Of a stretch of DNA of 64,000 nt, positions 38,784-48,282 are shown piece after piece. Position 1 is the stretch's first letter, and every line of letters starts with the position of its first letter. The notes under the pieces are model-generated. The model was not told the DNA's origin, made no database searches, and saw only the letters and a list, made by a program, of their open reading frames with translations. The position numbers and the translations under genes were made by a program. Source of the stretch: Limisphaerales bacterium (GTDB taxonomy: Bacteria; Verrucomicrobiota; Verrucomicrobiia; Limisphaerales; AAA164-E04); assembly GCA_965242585.1 (NCBI GenBank), contig OZ251460.1, positions 3,988,968-4,052,967 on the forward strand, given 5' to 3'.

Positions 38784-39965
38784 ATGGAAAATTTCGCTTC
38801 CCTGCGTGATTTTGCGGCCGTTTTGGCCCGTTTGATGGATCAAGAGGCGGATCAAGGCTTTGATTCTTCCGCACTGGATGATCGCGCTTTTGGCCGGCTG
38901 GCGCTCGCCTTGTTTCGGTTGCAAGTTCAATCCAATGAGTGTTACCGGTGCTTTGTCGAGTATTTGGAAAAATCCAACCCGAAAACGCCCGCGTTTCCGG
39001 CAAGTCAAAAGGCGAATTGGCGGCAGATTCCCTGTGTCCCCACTTTGGCGTTCAAAGAGTTTGACCTCAGTTCCCTGCCAAAGTCGCAACGATCTTTCGT
39101 GTTTCAATCCAGCGGAACCGCGGGGCAGAATCGGAGCCGGCACTTTCATTCCCAAGGCTCTCTCGCTCTCTACGAACAAAGCCTCGCCCGTTGGTTTTTC
39201 CATCATTTTCAGCCAGGGAATCCAGAAACAGAAAGGCTTTTCCTCTTGACTCCCCCGCCGATTGAAACGCCGAATTCCTCTCTCGTTCACATGTTGGAAA
39301 CAGTGCGGAATCGGCAAGGTTTCCCAGAGTCTGTTTTCTACGGACGGTTGATTGCGGGCGAAGGCTGGGGCTTGGATGCGAGCCGTTTGTTGAAAGACTT
39401 GCGCGCGGCCTGCCGCCGAAATTGTCCCGCCGCATTGTTGGGAACGGCCTTTAACTTCGTGCAGTTGCTGGACGCTCTGGGCACAAGCCGCCAGACGCTG
39501 ACGCTGCCTCTGGGAAGCCGATTGCTGGAAACCGGAGGATACAAAGGACGAACCCGCGAGTTGGCAAAAACCGCGCTCTATCGCGAACTGGAGGCCTGCT
39601 TGGGAATTCCTTCCGGCCGGATGATTTCAGAATACGGGATGAGCGAATTGTCTTCGCAAGCCTACGACGGCCGTCTCGACGCCGAGGATTCTTGTCTTTG
39701 CGCCCGTCGTGTTCCGCCATTGAATCCAGCGCGATTGTTTCGGTTTCCGCCGTGGGCGCGTTGCCAAGTAATCGTCCCGGAAACCGGACAAGAAGCGGAC
39801 GAAGGCGAGACGGGGTTGATTCGAGTGTTCGATTTGGCAAACGTCTGGTCGGTCATGGCCGTGCAAACGGAAGACTTGGGACGGCGTCTTTCGGGAGGCG
39901 TTGAGCTTCTGGGGCGCGCGGCAAATGCGGAAGCGCGGGGTTGCTCCCTGATGCCGGAAACCTGA
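38784..39965 (+). CDS. LuxE-like acyl-protein synthetase (adenylate-forming)
   Basis: 393 aa. IPCVPTLAFKEFDL, VFQSSGTAGQNRS, LETGGYKGR, PPWARCQVIVPETG and a C-terminal RGCSLMPE parallel V. harveyi LuxE landmarks (recalled from memory). Confidence 0.7.
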   Translation: MENFASLRDFAAVLARLMDQEADQGFDSSALDDRAFGRLALALFRLQVQSNECYRCFVEYLEKSNPKTPAFPASQKANWRQIPCVPTLAFKEFDLSSLPKSQRSFVFQSSGTAGQNRSRHFHSQGSLALYEQSLARWFFHHFQPGNPETERLFLLTPPPIETPNSSLVHMLETVRNRQGFPESVFYGRLIAGEGWGLDASRLLKDLRAACRRNCPAALLGTAFNFVQLLDALGTSRQTLTLPLGSRLLETGGYKGRTRELAKTALYRELEACLGIPSGRMISEYGMSELSSQAYDGRLDAEDSCLCARRVPPLNPARLFRFPPWARCQVIVPETGQEADEGETGLIRVFDLANVWSVMAVQTEDLGRRLSGGVELLGRAANAEARGCSLMPET

Positions 39966-39976
39966 AAGATCAAAAA

Positions 39977-41347
39977 ATGACGCTGGAAAAAATGCCGAAT
40001 TACTTTTTGGCGGACTTGCCGGAAAAGGCCGTCCTAACGCCCGCAGTCATTGCCGAAGCATGCGACGCCCTGCGGCAAAACCGCCGCCGGTATCTGTTGG
40101 AGCGTCCCACGGAAAGCCTGCTGCGAACGCTGGAATTGGTGGCCGAAAAATGGCTCGATAACAATTATCCAATTCGCCGGATGGCTTTGGAACGCGGAGC
40201 GCGGCAATCCGGTTTTCCGCTCTCCTCGATTCAAAAAGGCTTGGACGGCTTGTTCCAAGAAATGACTGCGGAAAACCTCAACCTCCTCCTCTTGCAAGAT
40301 TTAGGCCACGTTCGGAGACTCGATTGCCCCAGCTCTGCCGAAGCCGAAAGCCGCACCAGCCGGAAAAGCTTCGCCGTAGGGCCGGAATTGATCGCTCACA
40401 TAACCGGCGGCGCCATCCCCAACCCGGCGATTCTCAGCATCACTTTGGGATTGCTGGCCCGCTCCGCTCAATTCGTCAAATGCGCCCGGCATGCTTCCTT
40501 TTTGCCGCGCCTGTTCGCCCATTCGATTTACGAAACGGACGCCAAACTAGGCGCTTGTTTGGAAATTGCCGAATGGAAAGGCGGGAACCAAGCGCTGGAA
40601 ACCCCGCTCTTGCAAAAAGCGGACTGCGTCACGGCAACGGGTAGCGACGAAACCATCCAAGCGCTGGAATCTCGATTGCCCCGCGGAACGCGTTTCCTAC
40701 CCTACGGCCATCGAGTCAGCTTCGCCTACGCCACCAAAGCCGGCTTGGAAAACTGCTCTCTCCAAACATTGGCCGCGCGAATCGTCGACGACGTAGCGCT
40801 TTGGAATCAAAGAGGATGCCTGTCGCCCCACGTCGTTTACGCCGAGAAAGGCGCCGCTCCCAGCCCAGAACAACTGGCTCAAGCAATTGCCGAGGAATTG
40901 GATCGCCGCGAGCAATCCGAACCGCGCGGCCAAGTCAGCAACCCAACCGCCGCCGTAATCGCCAATCGCCGCCGCCTCTATGAAATTCGGGCGGCCAACG
41001 GTCGGGAAACTCTCCTATGGTCAAGCCGCGGCTCCACCGCTTGGACGGTGGTCTTCGATCACGATCCCCGCTTCCAAAAAAGCTGCCAAAACCGCTTCCT
41101 TTACGTCAAAGCCGTCGACGGACTGGCCGACGCTTTGAACGGCGCCGCTGAAGTCTGCGGGCAAGTCTCCTGCGTCGGCTTGTGCGCTTCGCCGCACGAG
41201 GCGCAATCCCTCGTCAAACAACTTGCCCGCTGGGGAGTAACTCGCATTTGTCCGCCGGGCAAAATGCAACAACCTTCCATCGCCTGGCGCCACGACGGCC
41301 GCCTCAGCTTGGGCGATTTAATAATCTGGACAGATTGGGAACTATGA
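39977..41347 (+). CDS. LuxC-like acyl-CoA reductase (aldehyde dehydrogenase fold)
   Basis: About 456 aa from MTLEKMPNYFLADLP (the track start 39941 overlaps luxE-like by 25 nt). It sits next to the LuxE-like gene. The stretch LWNQRGCLSPHVVY contains a candidate catalytic Cys. Confidence 0.65.
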   Translation: MTLEKMPNYFLADLPEKAVLTPAVIAEACDALRQNRRRYLLERPTESLLRTLELVAEKWLDNNYPIRRMALERGARQSGFPLSSIQKGLDGLFQEMTAENLNLLLLQDLGHVRRLDCPSSAEAESRTSRKSFAVGPELIAHITGGAIPNPAILSITLGLLARSAQFVKCARHASFLPRLFAHSIYETDAKLGACLEIAEWKGGNQALETPLLQKADCVTATGSDETIQALESRLPRGTRFLPYGHRVSFAYATKAGLENCSLQTLAARIVDDVALWNQRGCLSPHVVYAEKGAAPSPEQLAQAIAEELDRREQSEPRGQVSNPTAAVIANRRRLYEIRAANGRETLLWSSRGSTAWTVVFDHDPRFQKSCQNRFLYVKAVDGLADALNGAAEVCGQVSCVGLCASPHEAQSLVKQLARWGVTRICPPGKMQQPSIAWRHDGRLSLGDLIIWTDWEL

Positions 41348-41706
41348 AGGTGGAACTGCGAAAAACCTTTCAATTCGAAGCGGCGCACCTGCTCCCCTTC
41401 CTCCCAAAAGATCACAAGTGCCGCCGCCTGCACGGACACAGCTTCCAAGTGGAAATCACCGTCGCCGGCGAATGTAATTCCCAGCTAGGCTGGCTCATAG
41501 ACTACGCGGACATCTCCAAAGCCTTCCAACCCCTGTGGGAACAACTCGACCATCGCTATCTAAACGAAATCCAAGGCCTGGAAAATCCCACCAGCGAAGT
41601 TCTCTCCAAATGGATTTGGGATCGACTGAAACCCAAACTGCCCCAGCTCACAACCGTCACCGTCGCCGAAACATGCAACGCCGCCTGTGCCTACCAAGGC
41701 AACTAG
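41344..41706 (+). CDS. queD: 6-carboxy-5,6,7,8-tetrahydropterin synthase (PTPS family)
   Basis: The last 120 aa of ORF 41182..41706: MKVELRKTFQFEAAHLLPFLPKDHKCRRLHGHSFQVEITVAG...HRYLNEI. Its ATG overlaps the LuxC-like TGA (ATGA at 41344-41347). Confidence 0.85.
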   Translation: MKVELRKTFQFEAAHLLPFLPKDHKCRRLHGHSFQVEITVAGECNSQLGWLIDYADISKAFQPLWEQLDHRYLNEIQGLENPTSEVLSKWIWDRLKPKLPQLTTVTVAETCNAACAYQGN

Positions 41707-42302
41707 AGCGTGTCCCCGCTAACCGTAGCGCTTTGAAGAATATGTAGCGAAATCCTTTCCTCCGCCAAAACAGTCCACCCCGATGAGCAGCTGCTTGCTA
41801 ACAAAGACTTGCCTCCGGCCATTTTGACGGCAAGGCAAAGTGGACGAAGAATTTCCCATCCCCAAGTTCCCTTTCCCCTCCTTTTGCACATTCAGCAACT
41901 AAGAGGCTCATGATTAGCGATTGGCAATCGGCAAGGCGAGCTGGCGCGACTTTTTTGCGAGTTCAGCGGCCAAGATCATCCACAATAACCAATGAAACTT
42001 CCTTGCAAAGCGCAAAGCCCCTCTTCGCGCCTTTTGCGGTTTTGCCATCCCCCTCCCATGCGTCATTTCTCATTCGGAATTCTCTCTAAAAAACACTTTC
42101 CTCACTGGCCTCTCAATCTCTCGGAAACACCGACCGCAAACTTTTCCTCTGTTTCACTTTCTTAGCTTGACGAGAGGCAAATAAGAGTCCATCCAAAAGC
42201 CAGATCGTATTGCGGATTCTTTTGTTGATATATCAGTTCGTTTTACGATTATTTTTAGTTATTGGATTCCAGGAAAGATTGAACATGATGAAATCGAACT
42301 TG

Positions 42303-42764
42303 TCAAAATTCGCACATCGGCAATAAGTCTCTTTTAGTGGTTTTGGTTATTTCGACGCTTTCTTCTCTTTTTGTTCCCCTCGAACAAAGCCCAGCCCGCT
42401 GTTCATCCACGTCTATCCCAGCCAAGACAACCCCACCAACCAAACCATCTAGATATTCTTCGGTAGTAGCACTACATCCTCCTCCGATGCCAACTTCCGA
42501 ACCTCCTCCGGAAACAACTATCACTAGGAAGTCATGATTCTCCTTAAAAACAACAACGGCAACATCTACAATACCAACCGCCCCAACAACTAATTTGCTG
42601 ACTCTTTCTCCCTTGTTTTCCAACTCCAACACCAAAAACATCGCTTCGGTCAATGCGAGGATTCCGGGCGGCGGCAGAACCAACATCACTTTTGCCAACA
42701 ACGCCACCAACACGCCGGCAATCACCATCGGAAGCGGCAGCCAAAGCATTTCCCATCTTTTCAT
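42303..42764 (-). CDS. hypothetical membrane protein (very uncertain; an antisense ORF is equally open)
   Basis: 153 aa with two hydrophobic spans and a G/V-rich region. The plus-strand ORF 42595..42915 shares its wobble positions, so I cannot decide strandedness from the sequence alone. Confidence 0.2.
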   Translation of the reverse strand: MKRWEMLWLPLPMVIAGVLVALLAKVMLVLPPPGILALTEAMFLVLELENKGERVSKLVVGAVGIVDVAVVVFKENHDFLVIVVSGGGSEVGIGGGCSATTEEYLDGLVGGVVLAGIDVDEQRAGLCSRGTKREESVEITKTTKRDLLPMCEF

Positions 42765-43597
42765 GGATTATAATAACATTGGAGATGAGGACATAGGGAT
42801 TCGTGACTCCAGAATTAGCAATTTCTTCTATTCCGGCGGGGCGTTTTCGGCTTGGGTAGGGTTCGAGTATCTTGCACAAACCAATTGGGGACTTCTTCAC
42901 GGGAATCTTCAATAATAGTGTGGGAACTTTTGTTCGTTGGGCGGTCGGCATCGATACAATGCAGGTTGTCGCCAACACCTCGATCATTACTCAAACCTCA
43001 AGAATATACCATGACCTTCGGCCGGTTTGCGCTAGATTTTGTGTTTGTCCACCGCCGCATGCCTGTAAAAGAAGCGCCGACTGACCGCAACTGCCAGCTA
43101 GTGATTGGTAGTCATTAGCGAGGGATTAGCGATCCGTAGCTGTTGCCAATGCAAGGTCGTTTTACTCTTTTTTGCCCTGTTGTTTCTGAGTTTGGAAGCG
43201 GGGTTTTTAAAGTTACCAATTTGGAATTAGGAATGACGAATTGGCAGTGAGAGTCCAGTAAGATTGGAGGGAAGAGCGAGAGGATTCAGTGATTTGCGGC
43301 TAAGTGGCTTACGATCCTCAGTTGATCTAGCATCCGTTGCCTATAAACTAAACGGTGATTGGATTTTTACCTTCGCTTCCATCTACCTGAAACGGAGTTT
43401 CTTTTGCTCTAACGAATGACGAATGCGAATTATGGGAACACGATCATTGCCGAAAAATGGAACACGGCAGAGGAATCACTTTCCTACCTTTGCCGTGGAT
43501 GCAAACTTAGGAACGAACGACGAGACAAAGAATTGGCCAAGCCTTGTTTATCCCGTTCGGCCATGTCCAAAAGAAATTTCCCGACGGTTCGTCCCAA

Positions 43598-44692
43598 TCA
43601 TCGCGCGGCCTGCGCTTCCAGCCAGTCGCAGGCAGCGGGCAATACTCGATTCCAGTGAAAGGTAGCTCCCCGTCGCCACGCGTTGCGCCGGCACAAATCA
43701 TACAAAACCGCATCTTCCGCCATTCTGCGAACGCCTTTGGCCAATGCTTCCGGCGTTTCTCGTCGCGCGACAATCCCCGTTTCTTGGTGCAGGGTGGAGT
43801 CCGTCAAACCTGGAACCGGATACACCACAGCCGGCACGCCTCGGCAATTTGCCTCGATTACGTTCAATCCCCAACCTTCCCGAATCGAGGTGTGTAGCAA
43901 CAAGTCCGACGCGTCCAGCGCTTTTTCTTTTTCTTCTTCGGATAACTTTCCCGCAAACGAAACCGCGCTCCCCAGCCTCAAACGCGAAACTTGCGCTCGC
44001 AACGCTCCTTCGGTTTCTCCGCCGCCAATAATTGTAAGCCGGGTGTCCATTCCTTGCCTCCGCAATACGGCCACCGATTCAATGGCGTGATCGATCCGTT
44101 TGTTCGGCGCCAACCGCGAAACCACCGCCAACCGCAAAGGCGATGCAATCCTCTTCTCCGGCAGAGAATGAACGGCTTGGGTAGCCACCCCGTAGGGAAT
44201 TCTGGTGATTTCCCGAATCCCGTGCCGCCGCAGTGCTGACTCTGTGGATAAACAAGCCGTCCAAAACGGAACCGCCCGATACCGGCGCAAGATCCAACCC
44301 TCCTGCCAACGACCCAGAACCGCTATCGGCCAAGGATAGAAACTATTCCAAATCGGCCCCAGAACTTCGTGAATGTAGGCGACGACCCTCGTCCTGGCCC
44401 ACCACGGCGCCAACCAGGGAATCCCGTGATGCTGGTCAATCACCAAGTCAAATCCAGCCTGTTGCCGCGCCCATTGGCGCGCCCGCAAAATCGAAGAGCC
44501 AACACCGCCCCCGCGAACCACGCAAACGCCTTCAAACACCGACTCCGCCTTGCCGCCGGCAAAAGCGTTGGCAAACCAAAAAACCTCATGCCCCCGCCGC
44601 ACCAGCTCCGTCAAATATCCCAGCGAAACCCGTTCCGCCCCGCCCGCCAAAGGATTTCCCGGATCCCTCCAATTCAACATCAAAAATCGCAT
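43598..44692 (-). CDS. GT4-family glycosyltransferase
   Basis: From the internal Met MRFLMLNWRDPGNPLAGGAERV. It has a C-terminal E-x7-E motif (REGWGLNVIEANCRGVPAVV). Confidence 0.8.
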   Translation of the reverse strand: MRFLMLNWRDPGNPLAGGAERVSLGYLTELVRRGHEVFWFANAFAGGKAESVFEGVCVVRGGGVGSSILRARQWARQQAGFDLVIDQHHGIPWLAPWWARTRVVAYIHEVLGPIWNSFYPWPIAVLGRWQEGWILRRYRAVPFWTACLSTESALRRHGIREITRIPYGVATQAVHSLPEKRIASPLRLAVVSRLAPNKRIDHAIESVAVLRRQGMDTRLTIIGGGETEGALRAQVSRLRLGSAVSFAGKLSEEEKEKALDASDLLLHTSIREGWGLNVIEANCRGVPAVVYPVPGLTDSTLHQETGIVARRETPEALAKGVRRMAEDAVLYDLCRRNAWRRGATFHWNRVLPAACDWLEAQAAR

Positions 44693-44876
44693 CGCAACCG
44701 CTCCCAAAAGCTTGCCAACGCCGCCTGCCAAATCAAGACGAGATGGAAAAATACTCTCCCCAACCTCGTCCAAACCAGCCTCTCAATCCTGCCTTGCGGC
44801 CAAGTCGAAAGTTGACGACCCAAGCCAAACCAATTAACATTTCGCCCTCATAATTGCCGCCAAATCCAAAATTCCC

Positions 44877-45863
44877 ATGAAGGAAGAAAATGCGCCCGCC
44901 CAACCCGCCGACGCAGACCTGCCGACCGAAGTCCAAGCAGACCAATGCCTGCTGGAAGCCGAACAAGCGCTCCAAAACAGCGACTCCCCAGCCGCAAAAA
45001 CCGCCTTCCAAAAAATCGAAGCCCTAAACATCGAAGAACCGCCGCCGGAGTTTTTCTTTCTTTACGGCAAGTTTCTGACGGAAAACTGCAATGTGGCCAA
45101 TCTCGCCAAAGCGGCGGAAAACGGCCAAGTCCAAAACTTCCTTGACAACCTGCTCAAAGCGCGCTCCCTCCTCAAACAATTCCTCGCCCAAGTCCAAAGA
45201 ACTGCCGCAAACTACAAACCCGCCCTAGAACTTCTTTCCGCCGGCGAATCCACAATCAAAGCCGTTACCCCCGCCGCAAAAGAGTTCGAAGAACTGGCAA
45301 CAATCAAGAAAAAGAGAGCCAGCGAAACCTTGCTAATCCTCTTGGCCGCTGGTTACCCCGAACTCGTGAACACCATCGTAAGCGCAGAAGAGTATGTGCC
45401 TTCGGCAAGAATCCAGATGACCGCCGATTGTACCCAAATTGTGAGCTCTCTGCTCAACGCCGCCACAGACGTCCACGCAAAAAACGACAATGGCGAGCCG
45501 CCGCTTCACAACGCCGCTGAAAAAGGCCAAGTCCAAGTTGTGGAAGCACTCCTCACCGCTGGAGTAGACGTCAACGCAGAGAACGAGGATGGCGAGACTC
45601 CGTTCCACGAGGCCACTAGGAAAGGTGAAACCGAAGTGGTGAAGACTTTGCTTGCAGCCGGTGCAGATGTCTACGCAAAAACTAAAAATAATCGAACGCC
45701 GCTCGACTTTGCCGCTCATCACGGCAAAACCGAAGTGGAGGAAATTCTTCATGATGCTGTGAGAAAGCCAAAACGAAAAGGGAGGAAATTCTTCGCAATT
45801 CTAGGGCGAATCTCGGATCGTGTCAAGGAACAGTTTACGAAGAGTAATGAGAGGTTGGTTTGA
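44877..45863 (+). CDS. ankyrin-repeat protein
   Basis: 328 aa with at least three clear ANK repeats (NGEPPLHNAAEKGQVQVVEALLTAGVDVNAENEDGETPFHEATRKGETEVVKTLLAAGADVYAKTKNNRTPLDFAAHHG). No signal peptide seen. Confidence 0.85.
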   Translation: MKEENAPAQPADADLPTEVQADQCLLEAEQALQNSDSPAAKTAFQKIEALNIEEPPPEFFFLYGKFLTENCNVANLAKAAENGQVQNFLDNLLKARSLLKQFLAQVQRTAANYKPALELLSAGESTIKAVTPAAKEFEELATIKKKRASETLLILLAAGYPELVNTIVSAEEYVPSARIQMTADCTQIVSSLLNAATDVHAKNDNGEPPLHNAAEKGQVQVVEALLTAGVDVNAENEDGETPFHEATRKGETEVVKTLLAAGADVYAKTKNNRTPLDFAAHHGKTEVEEILHDAVRKPKRKGRKFFAILGRISDRVKEQFTKSNERLV

Positions 45864-45882
45864 TTATGGAAGTGGGTGTTGG

Positions 45883-47868
45883 ATGAGTGTTGGTTCTGGA
45901 GAAGTTGTTGTGTCGTCGGGTAGGGAAAGGAGGTTTCTTTCGGGGCTGGCTAAGGGGCTTGAGCTTGCCGTGAAGAGGTCGCAGGAGTTTCTACTTCGAG
46001 AGCAAAGGGCGCAAGGCTATTGGGTTGGAGAGTTGATGGTAGATGCTACATTGGTTTCGGACACCATTTGCTATCACCATTGGAACGGCAGAGTGGATGA
46101 AGTTTGGGAGCGGAAGGCAGTTCATCATATTTTGTCAATGCAGCTTCCAGACGGAGGTTGGAACATATACTACGGAGGCCCGCCGGAAGTGAACGCCACG
46201 GTGAAGGCGTATTTGGCTTTGAAATTGGCGGGCGTGCCGGAGACGGATTCAAGAATGTTGCGGGCGCGGGAAGTGGCAATTAATCTTGGAGGGATTCCTC
46301 GGATGAATACTTTTTCTAAACTTTACCTGGCGCTTTTGGGGTTGTTTCCGTGGAAATACGTGCCGACTATACCATGTGAAGTAATTCTTATTGGCAAGTG
46401 GTTTCATGTTAACTTTCATGAGATGAGTAACTGGACGCGTTCGATGCTGGTGCCATTATCCATTATCAACCACTACAAACCTACCCGCCAGCTTATGGTA
46501 GGCGGAACGAAGGACAAGCGGCGTCCGATTTCCTTAGATGAATTATACCCGGAAGGATTTCACGAGCGAGACTTAGCGTTGCGCCGAGATCCGCAAACCT
46601 TTACTTGGCGGAACTTTTTTCTTTGGCTGGATAAGTTGCATAAGTTTGCGGAGTGGTTTGCGCGGCATCGCCTACATCCTTTTCGGCAACGCGCCTTGCG
46701 CCGTTCGGAGGCTTGGATGCTGGAGCGATTCGAAGGCGCTCACGGCTTGGCGGCCATTTTTCCGGCCATGCTCAACTCGCTAATCGCGCTGAGATCTCTG
46801 GGCTACCCAAACGATCATCCGCAAGTGCTTCGCGCGGAAAGGGAACTGAAGAAACTGGAACACGAGACGGAAACTTCGGTTCGGATGGAGCCGTGTTTTT
46901 CGCCGGTTTGGGACACGGCGATTGCCTGCATTTGCCTGCGAGAATCGGGCGTGGCGGCGGATCATCTGGCTTTGGTTCGGGCGACCGAATGGTTGATTGA
47001 CAAAGAAATCCGTTTTCGCGGCGATTGGTTTTACAAAAATCCGATTGATGTGGAACCTAGCGGTTGGGTTTTCGAACACAAAAACCAGTGGAATCCAGAT
47101 GTGGACGACACGGCGATGGTGCTTTTGGCTCTCCGCCTTACCCAAACGTCCAACCCGAAAAAGCGCGACCAATGTTTTCGGCGCGGATTGAACTGGTTGC
47201 TTACCTTCCAATGTCGCGACGGAGGCTGGGCGGCCTTTGACAAAGATTGCACTAAAAGCATTATGGAAAAAGTGCCGTTCGCCGACCATAACGCTATGAT
47301 TGATCCGGAATGCGCGGACATCACTGCAAGGATTCTTGAATTGTTAGGACGCGAAGGTTTTTCCAAAAACCATCCGCAGATTGTCAAGGCAATAGACTAC
47401 CTCAAAAACCAGCAGGAAGCAGACGGGTCATGGTATGGGCGCTGGGGCGTTAACTACCTCTATGGCACTTGGCAAGTCTTGCGCGGGCTATACGCCATCG
47501 GCTTGGATATGAACGCGCCTTACTTGCAAAAAGCGAAGACATGGCTGGAAAGCGTTCAAAATGCGGACGGCGGCTGGGGGGAACGGTGTAATACTTACGA
47601 GGATCCAGTCTTCAAAGGGCAAGGCCCCAGTTCGGCCTCGCAAACGGCTTGGGCCGTTATGGGACTTTGCGCTTTTGGCAACACCAATTGCGCTAGCCTG
47701 ATTCGAGGAGTGGAATATCTGGTCAAAACTCAGAACGCAGACGGTTCCTGGACGGATCACGAAACCACCGGCACTGGATTCCCCAAAGTGTTCTACTTGA
47801 AATACGACATGTATCGCAACACCTGGCCTCTCCTCGCTCTGGCCACTTACCGCAAATTGCTCGGCTGA
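45883..47868 (+). CDS. shc: squalene-hopene cyclase
   Basis: QW repeats (AQGYWVGEL, PDGGWNIYYG, RDGGWAAF, ADGSWYGRWG, ADGGWGE, ADGSWTD) and the catalytic motif WNPDVDDTAMVLLAL (DxDDTA). The start is taken at the internal Met to avoid overlap with the ankyrin gene. Confidence 0.9.
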   Translation: MSVGSGEVVVSSGRERRFLSGLAKGLELAVKRSQEFLLREQRAQGYWVGELMVDATLVSDTICYHHWNGRVDEVWERKAVHHILSMQLPDGGWNIYYGGPPEVNATVKAYLALKLAGVPETDSRMLRAREVAINLGGIPRMNTFSKLYLALLGLFPWKYVPTIPCEVILIGKWFHVNFHEMSNWTRSMLVPLSIINHYKPTRQLMVGGTKDKRRPISLDELYPEGFHERDLALRRDPQTFTWRNFFLWLDKLHKFAEWFARHRLHPFRQRALRRSEAWMLERFEGAHGLAAIFPAMLNSLIALRSLGYPNDHPQVLRAERELKKLEHETETSVRMEPCFSPVWDTAIACICLRESGVAADHLALVRATEWLIDKEIRFRGDWFYKNPIDVEPSGWVFEHKNQWNPDVDDTAMVLLALRLTQTSNPKKRDQCFRRGLNWLLTFQCRDGGWAAFDKDCTKSIMEKVPFADHNAMIDPECADITARILELLGREGFSKNHPQIVKAIDYLKNQQEADGSWYGRWGVNYLYGTWQVLRGLYAIGLDMNAPYLQKAKTWLESVQNADGGWGERCNTYEDPVFKGQGPSSASQTAWAVMGLCAFGNTNCASLIRGVEYLVKTQNADGSWTDHETTGTGFPKVFYLKYDMYRNTWPLLALATYRKLLG

Positions 47869-48282
47869 TGCTGAAATCTTCATTTTGCTTGCTCCCGGCA
47901 ACTCAATCGTCCATTCGCAAACACGAAAAAAACACAAATCCTTGAAACGACAAACCTCCGCATTTTAGGAAACTCCGTTGCCAAAGTCATTCAAGAATTC
48001 CCCAAAAATCCCCAAGAAATTCTTCAAAAAGAAAAACAAATCCCCTCTCTTTCCCTTAAAAGTTCGCCAAAATCAAAAAAATCGCCAAAAAATTACGCAA
48101 ATCATCTAAGAAAGAAAAATTTTTGTTGACTTCTCGTTTTTTTTGTCAATCTACCGCCAATGTTCCGTTTCGAAATGCATATGGGAGTCGCTTGCCTTCC
48201 GGTCAGTCTCAAACATCGGCACGGGTAAGCCCCGCAGAAGCATCGGAGCACAAACTATCATTTATAGCAGAAAGTATATTCG

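Noticed and set aside
41909-43428. Recurrent short words (gattagcga at about 41911, 43116 and 43128; ttggcaat/ttgccaat; gaatgacgaat at about 43233 and 43413) as possible att sites or terminal repeats of an element.
   Set aside because: Matches of 9-11 nt are expected by chance many times in 64 kb. There is no extended alignment around them and no integrase or transposase between them.
48125-48148. TTGAC-N14-GTCAA upstream of the DUF2130-like gene as an operator or promoter.
   Set aside because: A 5-bp inverted repeat in an A/T-rich spacer is weak evidence. No clear -10 element sits at the right spacing. It is mentioned only within the related finding.
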